From positions 1 to 60,952 of the forward strand of contig CAZILK010000004.1 in NCBI GenBank assembly GCA_964540135.1: a stretch of DNA of 60,952 nucleotides. The letters are read 5' to 3'. Both the position numbers and the translations under genes were made by a program. The notes below the pieces were generated by a model that searched no databases, had not been told where the DNA came from, and saw only the letters and a program-made list of their open reading frames with translations. This document shows positions 1-10,675 of this stretch, one piece after another. The stretch comes from an uncultured Candidatus Saccharibacteria bacterium (GTDB lineage: Bacteria > Patescibacteriota > WWE3 > UBA101185 > UBA10185). Each line of letters begins with the position of its first letter. Position 1 is the stretch's first letter.

Positions 1-68
1 ATGGATCGGTTAAGGTGCCTACTGTGTTACAAAAGTATCTGGATTTCACACAGATAATTCCTAAGTAA
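1..68 (+). CDS. serS: 3' end of seryl-tRNA synthetase (partial, runs off window)
   Basis: Frame starting at nt 3 reads (D)GSVKVPTVLQKYLDFTQIIPK*, resembling the SerRS C-terminal DGSv.vP.vL..Ym motif. Confidence 0.7.
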   Translation, partial: GSVKVPTVLQKYLDFTQIIPK

Positions 69-116
69 GACTGTAGTTTGTTTGCAAATAAACTCCTTCT
101 ATACTAAAGTTCCCAA

Positions 117-1262
117 ATGACATATTTAGGAATAGGTCCGTACAAGCCTAGTGATATCGGTATTTTTGAGGGAGGTGGTCCCGGCTGTCCCAGAGGCATC
201 ATTCAGCACCCTTACTTGATTGGATCTGAGGAAACTCAACATACTTACGCTGTAGCAGAATTAATATTGGAAACAAAATACTTGGAAGTTGATGGACGTA
301 GATTAAAAGTCGAACAAGAGGTAGGGCTTGGCTCAGAAGGGTATCAAAGAGTATCTTATGAATTGCCAGATGGATCGGTAGCTTTTGTAGATAGAGCAGA
401 CAATAGTAGGCAGCCGATACCTGAACCTAACGATGGATGGGTGACAACTCTTGGTTTACATGCGTACGATGATAATTCTCACCTTTTGAGGCGAAGTGTA
501 GTTGCTCTATCTGAGAGAACGGGTACTCCAGGTTTCATTCAGTACGGTGTTCAGAATAAAGCTGGACTAAGTACAAGTATAATGGTGGGGGTGGTCCATG
601 CGCCATCAGAGGAAACTTTTGCGCCAACGTTCTATTTGAGGGCAGGATCTCGCTTTGGATACCCACCGATCGCACATATTTTTACGTTGAATCAAAGATT
701 GTACGGTATAGAGCCTCCAGATTTAAGTATTGTGGAACTAGAAGAACAGGCGGATATAATTGAAAGGTACTTTGAGAAACACCACGGTAGAGAGAATTGG
801 CTGTTTAAAAGATTTATTGAAGAGAGAGCTGAGCCCTTAACTTCTCAAACCCATATTTTCTATAGCGATTCAGAGTTTAGAGCAGATTTTTATTATTCAG
901 GAGGATATGTGAGGCTTAAAATGCCAGATGGTTCAAGTAAGAGCCGAAACATCCAGTTTGATAGTTTAGGGACTGTTCCAACCGTAGACTTGAAAAGATC
1001 TCCCGGTGTTAAAAGTATAAGTGAGCTTTGTTATTTAGATGACCACATTCGCTTTAAGCTTAACTCCACTAGTTTTGCTGTTAAACCTCTTGTCTATTCA
1101 GCAAGCTCTGGTTGGGGTGATCTAGATTTAGCTGGAGATTTTATAAACAGTGCTGTGGCAGTACTTAGAGCGACTCAGTTTGGTGCAAATTTAAGAAATA
1201 TAGTCCAACCTTTCGACGTAGATAGCTATACTTTATCAACCCAGGCTTTGTGTGATTATTAA
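117..1262 (+). CDS. hypothetical protein, 381 aa, no recognised family
   Basis: Long ORF preceded by TTGCAA-N17-TAAAGT-N6-ATG. Confidence 0.75.
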   Translation: MTYLGIGPYKPSDIGIFEGGGPGCPRGIIQHPYLIGSEETQHTYAVAELILETKYLEVDGRRLKVEQEVGLGSEGYQRVSYELPDGSVAFVDRADNSRQPIPEPNDGWVTTLGLHAYDDNSHLLRRSVVALSERTGTPGFIQYGVQNKAGLSTSIMVGVVHAPSEETFAPTFYLRAGSRFGYPPIAHIFTLNQRLYGIEPPDLSIVELEEQADIIERYFEKHHGRENWLFKRFIEERAEPLTSQTHIFYSDSEFRADFYYSGGYVRLKMPDGSSKSRNIQFDSLGTVPTVDLKRSPGVKSISELCYLDDHIRFKLNSTSFAVKPLVYSASSGWGDLDLAGDFINSAVAVLRATQFGANLRNIVQPFDVDSYTLSTQALCDY

Positions 1263-1321
1263 TTTCAAGATAGTGTACTAAACCGTTTCGTAGATATTCA
1301 CTTTGCGGTACTATATATCCA

Positions 1322-2014
1322 ATGAGTATATTTCAGGGTCTTGCATTACCTAAGACTATATTTGAGACTGACTCCGATATTAATGGCCATATTATGGTTA
1401 TTGATGCAGGTACTACTCGTAAACTTAGTGTTAGTGGAATTATTCAGTCAGTTAATCATGCATCTCCAGTTAGTTTAAAAAGATACTGGGGAAGAGCTGT
1501 TGAAAGTTATAAAGAGATTTATCCGGAGGTTAATAATCTCCTTGTTCTTGGTATGGGCGGAGCGACTCTTTTACATCTCATGTCTGAGGCTTTTGAAGGA
1601 CTTAAGATAACAGCTGTTGAAATAGATCCCGTTATGGTTAAAATTGCTGAAGATTATTTTGACGTAAAAGAAATACCAAATCTCCATGTTATTATTGGAG
1701 ACGCACTTAAAGTGTTAGCCTCTCCTGATTCTTATAACATTCCGTACTTTTCGTTTGACTCTGTCTTTGTTGATATTTACATTGGCGATAAATATCCTGA
1801 TCTTGGTGAGACTGGAACATTTATTACAGGACTTAAAAAGGTAGTTAAACATGAAGGCTGGATTGTATTTAACAGGTTGTATTGGGATTACCATCAAGAC
1901 GATGTGAACGCATTTATTGAAGATCTCCACCTCCATTTTAGTGAAATAAAATCCATTGTAGTTGCTGGTCGTACAAATTCAGACAACGTTTTAATTTTTT
2001 GTAAAAATACTTAA
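1322..2014 (+). CDS. class I SAM-dependent methyltransferase, spermidine-synthase-like
   Basis: LVLGMGGAT motif I, VEID motif II, IIGDA, VFVDIY. Confidence 0.75.
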   Translation: MSIFQGLALPKTIFETDSDINGHIMVIDAGTTRKLSVSGIIQSVNHASPVSLKRYWGRAVESYKEIYPEVNNLLVLGMGGATLLHLMSEAFEGLKITAVEIDPVMVKIAEDYFDVKEIPNLHVIIGDALKVLASPDSYNIPYFSFDSVFVDIYIGDKYPDLGETGTFITGLKKVVKHEGWIVFNRLYWDYHQDDVNAFIEDLHLHFSEIKSIVVAGRTNSDNVLIFCKNT

Positions 2015-2019
2015 GAGTA

Positions 2020-2832
2020 ATGACAATTATCCACGCTTTTATTTTAGGTCTAGTCCAAGCTCTAACTGAGTTTTTACCGGTCTCATCTTCAGCTCACTTA
2101 ATAATTTTACCTTCACTTTTTAAGTGGGATATTCAACCACTGTTTTTTGATGTAGTCCTTCATCTTGGAACAGCAGCAGCTTTGTTAACAGTTTTTTGGC
2201 ACGATCTATTTAGTATTCTGCAAAGCCTCATCAAAGATGCTCGTTCTTCTAAATTCAAACTAGCAAGTTACTCTAAAACATCACAGCTTGGCTTTTATGT
2301 CCTCATCGCTTGTATCCCTGCAATTATTGTAGGGCTTATTTTTGGAGATGTGATTGAGGAATCATTTAGAAAAGTTGAATTCACAATCATATTTCTCCTG
2401 TTAGGAACAATACTTATGTCAGCTGCAGAGATATATTACAAACACAGTTCAGGAGATAAAGAAGTATCTGGAAGATCTTCTATTATAATAGGACTTACTC
2501 AGGTGCTTGCATTGTTACCAGGTTTCTCAAGATCTGGCAGTACAATATCCGCTGGCATGTTAACCGGTCTTAGCAGAATCAACGCTGCTAGGTTCTCTTT
2601 TCTAATGTCAGTACCTCTTGTTCTTTCAGCTGGAGTATTTGAACTTCTTGATAATATGAGCCTGATCTCAACCATTTCTCTGGAGGTTTTTTTAGTCGGC
2701 TTTATCACAAGTTTTATCTTTGGAGTACTTGTAATTAAGTTTTTACTTAACTATCTAAATAAGCACTCACTTATGGTCTTTATAGCATATAGGCTATTCT
2801 TAGTCATTGCGCTTATTATGCTCGTGTTATAA
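2020..2832 (+). CDS. uppP: undecaprenyl-diphosphate phosphatase (BacA)
   Basis: [17 protein letters not shown] and PGFSRSG motifs; multi-TM. Confidence 0.95.
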   Translation: MTIIHAFILGLVQALTEFLPVSSSAHLIILPSLFKWDIQPLFFDVVLHLGTAAALLTVFWHDLFSILQSLIKDARSSKFKLASYSKTSQLGFYVLIACIPAIIVGLIFGDVIEESFRKVEFTIIFLLLGTILMSAAEIYYKHSSGDKEVSGRSSIIIGLTQVLALLPGFSRSGSTISAGMLTGLSRINAARFSFLMSVPLVLSAGVFELLDNMSLISTISLEVFLVGFITSFIFGVLVIKFLLNYLNKHSLMVFIAYRLFLVIALIMLVL

Positions 2833-2843
2833 TCTTTCTTGCC

Positions 2844-5408
2844 ATGTTCCTATCAAATCTTTTTGATTCAAATGAAAAACAACTAGGTAAAATCCGTCCA
2901 ATTGTAGCTGAAGTTAATACACTTGAAAGCGAGATGCAAAAACTACTACAAGATGAGTTTGTAGCTCAAACAAACGCTTGGAAAGACCAGTTTTCTAAAT
3001 TACAAAAAGAAAAACACGAAGAGCTCTTAAATGAAATACTTCCAAGAGCATACGCTATGGTTCGTGAAGCTTCCGTTCGTACACTTGGTAAAAGACACTA
3101 CGACGTTCAAATTATGGGAGGTGTTGTTCTTCATCAAGGTAAGATTGCTGAGCAAAAAACAGGTGAAGGTAAAACACTTACAGCAACACTCCCTTTGTAT
3201 CTTAATTCATTAACCGGTAGAGGAGTAAGCCTTGTTACGCCAAATGATTACCTTTCAAGACATGGTGCAGGATGGATGGGAACGGTTTACAACTACCTTG
3301 GTGTCTCAGTTGGTGTAATTATGCAAGAGCGAGCTTTTGTATTTGATCCAGACCATGAAAATAACGAATTTGACGATGAGTATGCAACACATCTTCGGGT
3401 TGCAACTAGAAGAGAAGCTTATAACTGCGACATCATTTATGGAACAAATCATGAGTTCGGTTTTGATTATCTTCGCGATAATATGGCAGGAAGTCCTGAC
3501 GAGCTTGTTCAACAAACAGCTAATAAAGAATTTGGCGAACACTTCTTTGCTATTGTTGATGAGGTGGACTCTATTTTAATCGACATGGCGAGAACCCCAC
3601 TTATTATTTCAACAAGTGTCGCTCAAGCAGCAGAGCGTTATTATGACGCTGCCAAAATAGTATCCGGACTTATTAAAGGCATGGATTTTGAAGTCGATGA
3701 GAAATTTCGAACCGCAAATTTAACTGATATTGGTATTCGTAAAGTTGAAAAGCTGCTTAATGTTAAGAATCTATATGAAGAAGATTTTGAGATGGTGCAT
3801 TTAATGGAGCAAGCATTGACTGCAAGAGGACTTTTTGAAAAAGACCGAGACTATATTGTTAAAGATGGCAAGATTGTAATTGTTGATCAGTTTACCGGAA
3901 GGCTTCTTCCTAATAACTCTTTTTCACACGGACTTCATCAAGCAATTGAAGCAAAAGAAGGAGTTGAAATAAGAGAAGAAACAAGGTCTGTAGCTGAAGT
4001 TTCTTATCAAAATTACTTTAGACTTTACGAAAAACTTGCTGGTATGACTGGAACAGCAGTTACTGAAGCCGAAGAGTTTTACAAAATATACAAGCTTGAT
4101 GTTGTTGTTATACCAACAAATAAGGCAGTTAATAGAACCGATCACAATGATCTTGTTTATAAAACAGAGTCTGCAAAATTTACAGCAGCAGCTGACGACA
4201 TTGCAGAACGCAGTAAAAAAGGCCAACCAGTTCTTGTTGGTACAACTTCAGTTGATAAAAGCCAATTACTTCACGAACTACTTTCAAGACGTGGTATTAA
4301 GGCTGAAATTTTAAATGCTAAAAACCATGAAAAAGAAGCAAATATAATCTCTCAAGCTGGAAAAAAAGGAGCAGTTACTGTGTCAACCAATATGGCTGGA
4401 AGAGGTGTTGATATTTTACTTGGTGGAGAAAATGCTGCCCAAGCAGAATACGAAGAGGTTGTAAGACTTGGAGGTCTTCACGTTATTGGAACAGAAAGAC
4501 ATGAATCACGAAGAATTGATAATCAGTTAAGAGGAAGGGCTGGAAGACAAGGCGATCCTGGTTCGTCCAGATTCTATGTTTCATTACAAGATGAATTGAT
4601 GCGTGTTTTTGGTGGAGCACAGATTGAAGGGCTGATGAACCGGTTTGGTATGGAGGATAGCATTCCTTTAGAAGCTGGACTTGTGTCAAAAGCAATTGAA
4701 AATGCACAGAAAAAAGTTGAGAGCATGAATTTTGACCGTCGAAAAAGAGTTGTTGAAATGGACGATGTTATAAATGTTCACAGAAGTGTAGTCTATAAAA
4801 TGCGAAAGCGCATGCTTTTTGCACCAGAAGAAGGTGAGTCTTTTAAGGCGTGGTTTATACCAAAACTTATTGAATTTACACCAGGGTTTGATGTTACAAA
4901 ACACTGGGATACTTTTGAACAAGCGTCAAGTCTTAAGACTTGGCTTTATGTTGTATTTCAAGTTAGCCGTGAGGTTATCGATGTTTTGTGGATGGATCAC
5001 TTAACAGATATGGATAATTTAAGAGAGGGAATTGGTCTTCGTGGTTATGCTCAAAAAGATCCAACAGTTGAATACAAAAATGAAGGGCATGCAAAATTCG
5101 AACGCCTTGTTGGAAATATTTATTCAAATATAGGAGAGAGACTTACACGAATTTCTGTTGAATCAGCAAAGTCAGAAGAGACTGGAGCTTTCTCAAGAAA
5201 TAGACAGTCGTCATTTGATAATTTAAATGTAACTCAAAGTACTTATGAAACAGGCGTAGCTGATGAGGCAGCTCTTATGGGAGCTCCTGTTATTAATAGA
5301 TCTGGTTATAAAGTTGAACCTGTTGTATCTGGTGTTAAAAAAGTTGGCAGAAATGAACCATGTCCTTGTGGAAGTGGTAAGAAATACAAGAATTGCCACG
5401 GTAAATAA
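2844..5408 (+). CDS. secA: preprotein translocase ATPase SecA
   Basis: [37 protein letters not shown]-terminal [18 protein letters not shown]. Confidence 0.99.
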   Translation: MFLSNLFDSNEKQLGKIRPIVAEVNTLESEMQKLLQDEFVAQTNAWKDQFSKLQKEKHEELLNEILPRAYAMVREASVRTLGKRHYDVQIMGGVVLHQGKIAEQKTGEGKTLTATLPLYLNSLTGRGVSLVTPNDYLSRHGAGWMGTVYNYLGVSVGVIMQERAFVFDPDHENNEFDDEYATHLRVATRREAYNCDIIYGTNHEFGFDYLRDNMAGSPDELVQQTANKEFGEHFFAIVDEVDSILIDMARTPLIISTSVAQAAERYYDAAKIVSGLIKGMDFEVDEKFRTANLTDIGIRKVEKLLNVKNLYEEDFEMVHLMEQALTARGLFEKDRDYIVKDGKIVIVDQFTGRLLPNNSFSHGLHQAIEAKEGVEIREETRSVAEVSYQNYFRLYEKLAGMTGTAVTEAEEFYKIYKLDVVVIPTNKAVNRTDHNDLVYKTESAKFTAAADDIAERSKKGQPVLVGTTSVDKSQLLHELLSRRGIKAEILNAKNHEKEANIISQAGKKGAVTVSTNMAGRGVDILLGGENAAQAEYEEVVRLGGLHVIGTERHESRRIDNQLRGRAGRQGDPGSSRFYVSLQDELMRVFGGAQIEGLMNRFGMEDSIPLEAGLVSKAIENAQKKVESMNFDRRKRVVEMDDVINVHRSVVYKMRKRMLFAPEEGESFKAWFIPKLIEFTPGFDVTKHWDTFEQASSLKTWLYVVFQVSREVIDVLWMDHLTDMDNLREGIGLRGYAQKDPTVEYKNEGHAKFERLVGNIYSNIGERLTRISVESAKSEETGAFSRNRQSSFDNLNVTQSTYETGVADEAALMGAPVINRSGYKVEPVVSGVKKVGRNEPCPCGSGKKYKNCHGK

Positions 5409-5464
5409 TTTATTCCTCTTCACTTCTTGATTACAGTGTTCCATAAACGTAGTAGAATGTTCGC

Positions 5465-6151
5465 ATGAGTACAACTAAAGAAACCTCAGAGACTTTAGAT
5501 AACTACATCGATAAAATTAAACCAATAGTATTTGAAATGTTTAAATACGAAGGAAGCGGTCATGACTTTGGCCATCTTGATAGAGTTTATAACCTAGCTA
5601 TGCGTGTTCAGGAAACAGAAGGCGGGGATCCAGTGGTTATTGGAGTAGCAGCTTATCTTCATGATTTACATAGACTTAAAGAAAAACAAACCGGCACTTT
5701 TTGTCACCCTCGCGATTCGCTTACTGAAGTAAAACAAATTCTGGAATTAGTGAATTTTGATGCGGATAAAGTTGACAAAGTACTTCACTGCATTGAGTTT
5801 CATGAGGAATATGCTTTCTCGCCAGGCGGAGTAACCGTTACTGATATTGAAACTCAAGTATTACAGGATGCTGATAATCTAGATGCAATAGGTGCAATCG
5901 GACTTGCAAGAACCTTTGCGTACCATGGCTCTAAGGGGGATCCAATATTTACTCCTGAAATACCTCTTCAAAAAGACACTTATGAAGAAGGTGTGAAAGA
6001 TCCTGACGCTGTTCACCATTATTATTCCAAGTTATCAAAACTTGGCGCGAATATGAATACGGTTACAGCAAAACAATTGGCAGAAGGCAGACAAGCTATT
6101 ATGGAGACTTTTATAACTAAGTTTTTGGAAGAATTAGAAGGTCAAAGTTAA
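5465..6151 (+). CDS. HD-domain phosphohydrolase (YedJ-like)
   Basis: GHD..H, YLHD, DADNLDAIGAIG. Confidence 0.9.
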   Translation: MSTTKETSETLDNYIDKIKPIVFEMFKYEGSGHDFGHLDRVYNLAMRVQETEGGDPVVIGVAAYLHDLHRLKEKQTGTFCHPRDSLTEVKQILELVNFDADKVDKVLHCIEFHEEYAFSPGGVTVTDIETQVLQDADNLDAIGAIGLARTFAYHGSKGDPIFTPEIPLQKDTYEEGVKDPDAVHHYYSKLSKLGANMNTVTAKQLAEGRQAIMETFITKFLEELEGQS

Positions 6152-6159
6152 AGCTATCT

Positions 6160-6792
6160 ATGCTCTCCACTAAGAAAATAATCTTCTTTGATTTTGACGG
6201 AACAATAGCTGACACTCTTAAAGCTTTTATGATGGTTAATAATAACCATTATAAAGAGTATGGTACAAAATACATAACGGATGAGGATGTTCCAAAGCTT
6301 AAGCATATGAAAGATTTTGAAATCTTGCGATTCCTCGATATTAATTTTATTGAATTCTTTTTAATATCACACAAATTCTTAAAGCAAGTTTCAAACTTTA
6401 TGCCTAGTGCGCCGGTTTTTGAAGGTATGCTTAAGCTTCTCGAAGACCTCCACAACTCTGGTCGTAATGTAGTCATTGTGTCCCGCAACTCAGTGCCTAA
6501 TATAAAAAAGTTTTTTAAAGCAAACAAAGTTGAGCACATGAATAATATCTATAGTGAAGGCTTTTTTACTAAAAAAGATAAAATAATAGATAAGGTACTA
6601 GCAAAACATAAGCTTACAAGTTCGGATGCAGTACTCATTGGAGATAGGTTAACTGATTTTGAGAGTGCTAAAAAAGCTGATATCGACTACGTATATGTTT
6701 CATGGGGATATGGTGTTCCATCTAAAGAGCAAGCAAAAGAGCTTAAATATAGAGTTGATTCCCCTGAAGAATTAAGAAAGCTGTTAATCTAA
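6160..6792 (+). CDS. HAD-superfamily hydrolase (phosphoglycolate phosphatase-like)
   Basis: FDFDGT motif I, K and GDRLTD motifs III/IV. Confidence 0.9.
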   Translation: MLSTKKIIFFDFDGTIADTLKAFMMVNNNHYKEYGTKYITDEDVPKLKHMKDFEILRFLDINFIEFFLISHKFLKQVSNFMPSAPVFEGMLKLLEDLHNSGRNVVIVSRNSVPNIKKFFKANKVEHMNNIYSEGFFTKKDKIIDKVLAKHKLTSSDAVLIGDRLTDFESAKKADIDYVYVSWGYGVPSKEQAKELKYRVDSPEELRKLLI

Positions 6793-6793
6793 T

Positions 6794-7336
6794 ATGCCAA
6801 AAAAAGAAGCAATCCTTGAAATTCTTGAAACAATCGCTGTTTCATACATAGTTTTAATGGTTATATTTAAGCTAGTTGCGTTTCCGGAACAAGTAATGGG
6901 AGCAAGTATGGAACCAACCCTTCATACTGGGGACAGGATTCTTGTTGAAAGAATAACCAAAAGATACAGAGAATTTAATCGTGGCGAGATGGTTGTTTTG
7001 ATGCCGCCTGGGAATGAAGGCATCCACTATGTTAAAAGAGTAGTTGGGCTTCCAGGAGATATCATTAAGATTACTGACTGTCAGGTTAGTGTGAGCATTG
7101 ACGGGGAGAAATTTGCACTTGAAGAACCGTATCTAAGTGAGGGAGAGTGTACAGAAGCTGGCATTTACTTAAAAGAAGGTAGGGCTTTACGGCTTGATGA
7201 CGCGGAATTCCTGGTTCTTGGGGATAATAGGTCCAATTCCGCAGATTCTAGATACTTTGGGCTTGTCCCACGTGATAGAATTCTAGGAGCTGTAATATTT
7301 AGATTTTGGCCGGTCTCCAAGGCTGGATTCTTTTAA
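6794..7336 (+). CDS. lepB: signal peptidase I
   Basis: GASMEPTL catalytic Ser, YVKRVVG catalytic Lys, GDNRSNSADSR. Confidence 0.95.
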   Translation: MPKKEAILEILETIAVSYIVLMVIFKLVAFPEQVMGASMEPTLHTGDRILVERITKRYREFNRGEMVVLMPPGNEGIHYVKRVVGLPGDIIKITDCQVSVSIDGEKFALEEPYLSEGECTEAGIYLKEGRALRLDDAEFLVLGDNRSNSADSRYFGLVPRDRILGAVIFRFWPVSKAGFF

Positions 7337-7344
7337 ATATGTTG

Positions 7345-7373
7345 TTGACAGCAAAAAGGGGCTATGGTACGTT
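7345..7373 (+). promoter_or_regulatory. sigma70-type promoter for rpoB
   Basis: TTGACA (7345-50)-N17-TACGTT (7368-73) with TG extension. Confidence 0.7.
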
Positions 7374-7467
7374 TTACAAGCTTCTTTGCACTTAAGTGTA
7401 TTTTTTTAATATCATCTTGAAGATGTAGGGGTGTACATCTTTTATTTGAAAAACAATAAAAATTATA

Positions 7468-10400
7468 ATGAGATATTTATCTACAAGTAGAAAAAATCTG
7501 TTTTCATTACCAAATTTATCCAGAGTTCAATTAGATTCTTTTGAATGGTTTTTAAACGAAGGCATTGCAGAAATTCTTGACGAACTAGGCACAATAGAAG
7601 ACTATAGCGGTAAAGGCTGGGTTTTGACTCTAACAGACTCTAAAGTAGATAAACCAAATATATCCGAGGAAGAAGCAGTAAGGTCTGGTAGAACTTATGA
7701 CGCTCCTTGGTATCTCAAAGCAACAATCACAGACCCCCTTACAAAGAAGGAAAAGCATCAAAATATATACATGGGAGACGTACCCCTTATAACTGGTAAG
7801 GGGACTTTTATTATTAATGGTGTTTCACGAGTTGTTGTTAACCAACTCGTTCGTTCAGAAGGCGTTTTGTTTACAGGAACCCCTTCCCCAACAACCGGTA
7901 AAATGATGGGTGGAGCTAAAATCCTACCTAAAAACGGAGTTTGGCTTGAAATAGAGACATCTAGAAGCGGTGCTATTAGTGTGAAAATCGATAGGAGAAG
8001 AAAGATTGCTTTAACAACACTCCTTCGTGTATTTGGACTTGAGACTGACGAAGAGATCCTTAAAACCTTTGCGCATGTCGATAATGATCCTGAGATGAGC
8101 TACATTGCAGCAACACTTGCAAAAGACCCGTCATCATCAAGACAAGAAGCAGCTCTTGAGATATACAGAAAAGTAAGACCAGGAGAGCCTTTAATACTTG
8201 AAAACGCAGAAGCACTTGTTGAAGCAACCTTTTTTAATAAGCGAAGATACAGTCTTGGTAAGGTCGGTCGTTTTAAAGCAAATATTACCCTTGGCGTTAA
8301 TTTTCCAAACGAACCAAAATTTAGACTTTTACAACTGGAGGATCTTGTTAAGATCGTTGAAGAAGTTATTAAACTTAATAACGGTCAACGTGAGGTTAGC
8401 GATGTTGATAATCTAGGAAACAGACGTGTTAAGCGAGTTGGAGAACTATTACAAAATGAAATTAGAGTTGGGTTTTTACAAATGGAGAAAAACATCAAAG
8501 AAAGAATGAGTTTACAGCCAAGAGAAGAACTTCCAACACCAAATATTTTAATTTCCCCACGTGCTGTAGCTTCCAAGGTTCACAGCTTTTTTGCATCCGG
8601 TCAGCTATCTCAGTTTTTAGATCAACAAAACCCACTTACATCCCTTGACCATTTAAGAAGAATGTCTGTTCTTGGTAAGGGTGGTTTAACAAAAGAACGA
8701 GCTAGCATGGCAGTAAGAGACGTTCACTTTACACATTTTGGTCGTATCTGCCCTGTTAGAACACCTGAAGGTCAAAGTATTGGTCTTATCACATATCTTG
8801 CGATGTACGCATATGTTAATGAGTACGGCTTTTTAGAAACTCCTTATGTAAAGATTAAAAAAGAAGCTGACGGCAGAATGAAGATCACAGATGAAGTCGA
8901 ATATTTACCTGCTTATCTTGAAGATCAACATAATATTACAGATAGATCAGTTACAGTCGATGATAATAACTATATTGTTCAAGACCAGGTACCTTTAAGG
9001 AAAGGTTCTAACTATTCACTCGGAAGTGTTTCTGAGGTTGAATATATCGAACTTGTTCCTATGCAAGTTGTAGGTATTTCTGCAGGACTAGTACCATTTT
9101 TAAGCCATGATGACGTAAACAGATCTCTTGTTGCAACCCAACAAATGTCTCAAGCAGTACCGCTTGTTAACGCCCAAAGCCCGATAGTTGGGACCGGTGT
9201 TGAGAAGTTAATTGCTGAGAACACAGGATATGTTATTAATGCTGAGCACGATGGTGTTGTTACCTATTCTGATTCAGAAAAGGTAATCGTTGATTACGGT
9301 AAAGAAGGCAAAAGTACATATAAAATACAAAAATTCCAACAATCAAACCAAGATACAAGTATTAACCAAAAGGTTAAAGTAGCCTCTGGGGATAAAGTTT
9401 CCAAAGGAGATGTACTCGCTGAAGGACCATCGGTTGTTGATGGTGAGATTTCACTTGGTACGAACCTCTTAACAGCTTACATGATCTGGCAAGGGTACGA
9501 ATATGAAGATGGAATTGTCATTTCCGATAGGCTTGTTAAGGAAGACGTTTTAACTTCAATTCATATTACCGATCACAAAGTACAGGTACTTGAAACAAAA
9601 CTTGGTGAAGAAGAAGTTACAAGTGATATTCCAAACGTACCGGATGATGTTTTAAAACACCTTGATACAACAGGTATCGTAGCAATTGGCTCAAAAGTAA
9701 AAGCTGGAGATATTCTTGTTGGTAAAGTTGCTCCTAAGGGAGATGTTGAGCTATCAGCAGAAGAAAGACTTCTTCGTGCCATCTTTGGAGAGAAAGCAAA
9801 AGAAGTTAAAGATAACTCACTTGTTATGCCGCATGGAGAGCACGGAATTGTTATTGGTATTAAACAAGTTGACAAAAATGATAACAATAATCTTGGTGCC
9901 GGTGTCTTAAAAGAGATAACAGTCTATGTAGCGCAAAGAAGAAAAATTGAAGTTGGAGACAAGCTTGCAGGAAGACATGGAAACAAAGGTGTCATTTCAG
10001 CCATTGTTCCGGCTGTGGATATGCCACATCTTGATGATGGAACTGCAATTGATATTGTTTTCTCTTCAGGTGCTGTTTTAAACCGTATGAATGTTGGTCA
10101 GATTTTGGAAGCACCTCTTGGATACGCTGGCCAGAGACTTAACCGTAAATACACTGTTTATAACTTTGAAGGTGAGCCGTACGAATTTGTTGAAAAACAA
10201 TTAATAGAAGCTGGTCTTCCCGTAACGGGAAAGATGAGACTTATTGATGGTCGTAACGGCGAGTACTTTGATGGAGATGTTGTTGTTGGATCTACATACA
10301 TCTTAAAGCTTTATCACATAGCTGAAGAGAAAATGCACGCAAGATCAACAGGACCTTATTCTCTTATCACTCAACAACCACTTGGAGGTAAAGCTCAATT

Positions 10401-10668
10401 TGGTGGACAGAGATTTGGAGAAATGGAAGTCTGGGCACTTGAGGCATACGGTGCAAGACATATATTACAAGAAATATTAACTATTAAATCTGATGATTTA
10501 GTAGGAAGAACTCAAGCTTACAAATCAATTCTTCAAGGAGAACCAATTGCCGAGCCTTCAGTTCCGGAGTCGTTTAAGTTACTAGTTCGAGAAATAAATG
10601 GTTTGTGTTTAGGGATAACCCCTCTTGGTGCCACCATGGTATCAAGTGAGGAAGATTCCGAGGAATAA
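7468..10668 (+). CDS. rpoB: RNA polymerase beta subunit (compact, 1066 aa)
   Basis: QLSQFLDQ, GDKLAGRHGNKG, GGQRFGEMEVWALEAYGA. Confidence 0.99.
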   Translation: MRYLSTSRKNLFSLPNLSRVQLDSFEWFLNEGIAEILDELGTIEDYSGKGWVLTLTDSKVDKPNISEEEAVRSGRTYDAPWYLKATITDPLTKKEKHQNIYMGDVPLITGKGTFIINGVSRVVVNQLVRSEGVLFTGTPSPTTGKMMGGAKILPKNGVWLEIETSRSGAISVKIDRRRKIALTTLLRVFGLETDEEILKTFAHVDNDPEMSYIAATLAKDPSSSRQEAALEIYRKVRPGEPLILENAEALVEATFFNKRRYSLGKVGRFKANITLGVNFPNEPKFRLLQLEDLVKIVEEVIKLNNGQREVSDVDNLGNRRVKRVGELLQNEIRVGFLQMEKNIKERMSLQPREELPTPNILISPRAVASKVHSFFASGQLSQFLDQQNPLTSLDHLRRMSVLGKGGLTKERASMAVRDVHFTHFGRICPVRTPEGQSIGLITYLAMYAYVNEYGFLETPYVKIKKEADGRMKITDEVEYLPAYLEDQHNITDRSVTVDDNNYIVQDQVPLRKGSNYSLGSVSEVEYIELVPMQVVGISAGLVPFLSHDDVNRSLVATQQMSQAVPLVNAQSPIVGTGVEKLIAENTGYVINAEHDGVVTYSDSEKVIVDYGKEGKSTYKIQKFQQSNQDTSINQKVKVASGDKVSKGDVLAEGPSVVDGEISLGTNLLTAYMIWQGYEYEDGIVISDRLVKEDVLTSIHITDHKVQVLETKLGEEEVTSDIPNVPDDVLKHLDTTGIVAIGSKVKAGDILVGKVAPKGDVELSAEERLLRAIFGEKAKEVKDNSLVMPHGEHGIVIGIKQVDKNDNNNLGAGVLKEITVYVAQRRKIEVGDKLAGRHGNKGVISAIVPAVDMPHLDDGTAIDIVFSSGAVLNRMNVGQILEAPLGYAGQRLNRKYTVYNFEGEPYEFVEKQLIEAGLPVTGKMRLIDGRNGEYFDGDVVVGSTYILKLYHIAEEKMHARSTGPYSLITQQPLGGKAQFGGQRFGEMEVWALEAYGARHILQEILTIKSDDLVGRTQAYKSILQGEPIAEPSVPESFKLLVREINGLCLGITPLGATMVSSEEDSEE

Positions 10669-10675
10669 GGAGACT

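Noticed and set aside
8590-8680. Possible natural rifampicin resistance in the RpoB RRDR (QLSQFLDQQNPLTSLDHLRRMSVL)
   Set aside because: The key contacts (Q513, F514, D516, H526, R529, S531, L533 equivalents) are retained; changes are at flanking positions
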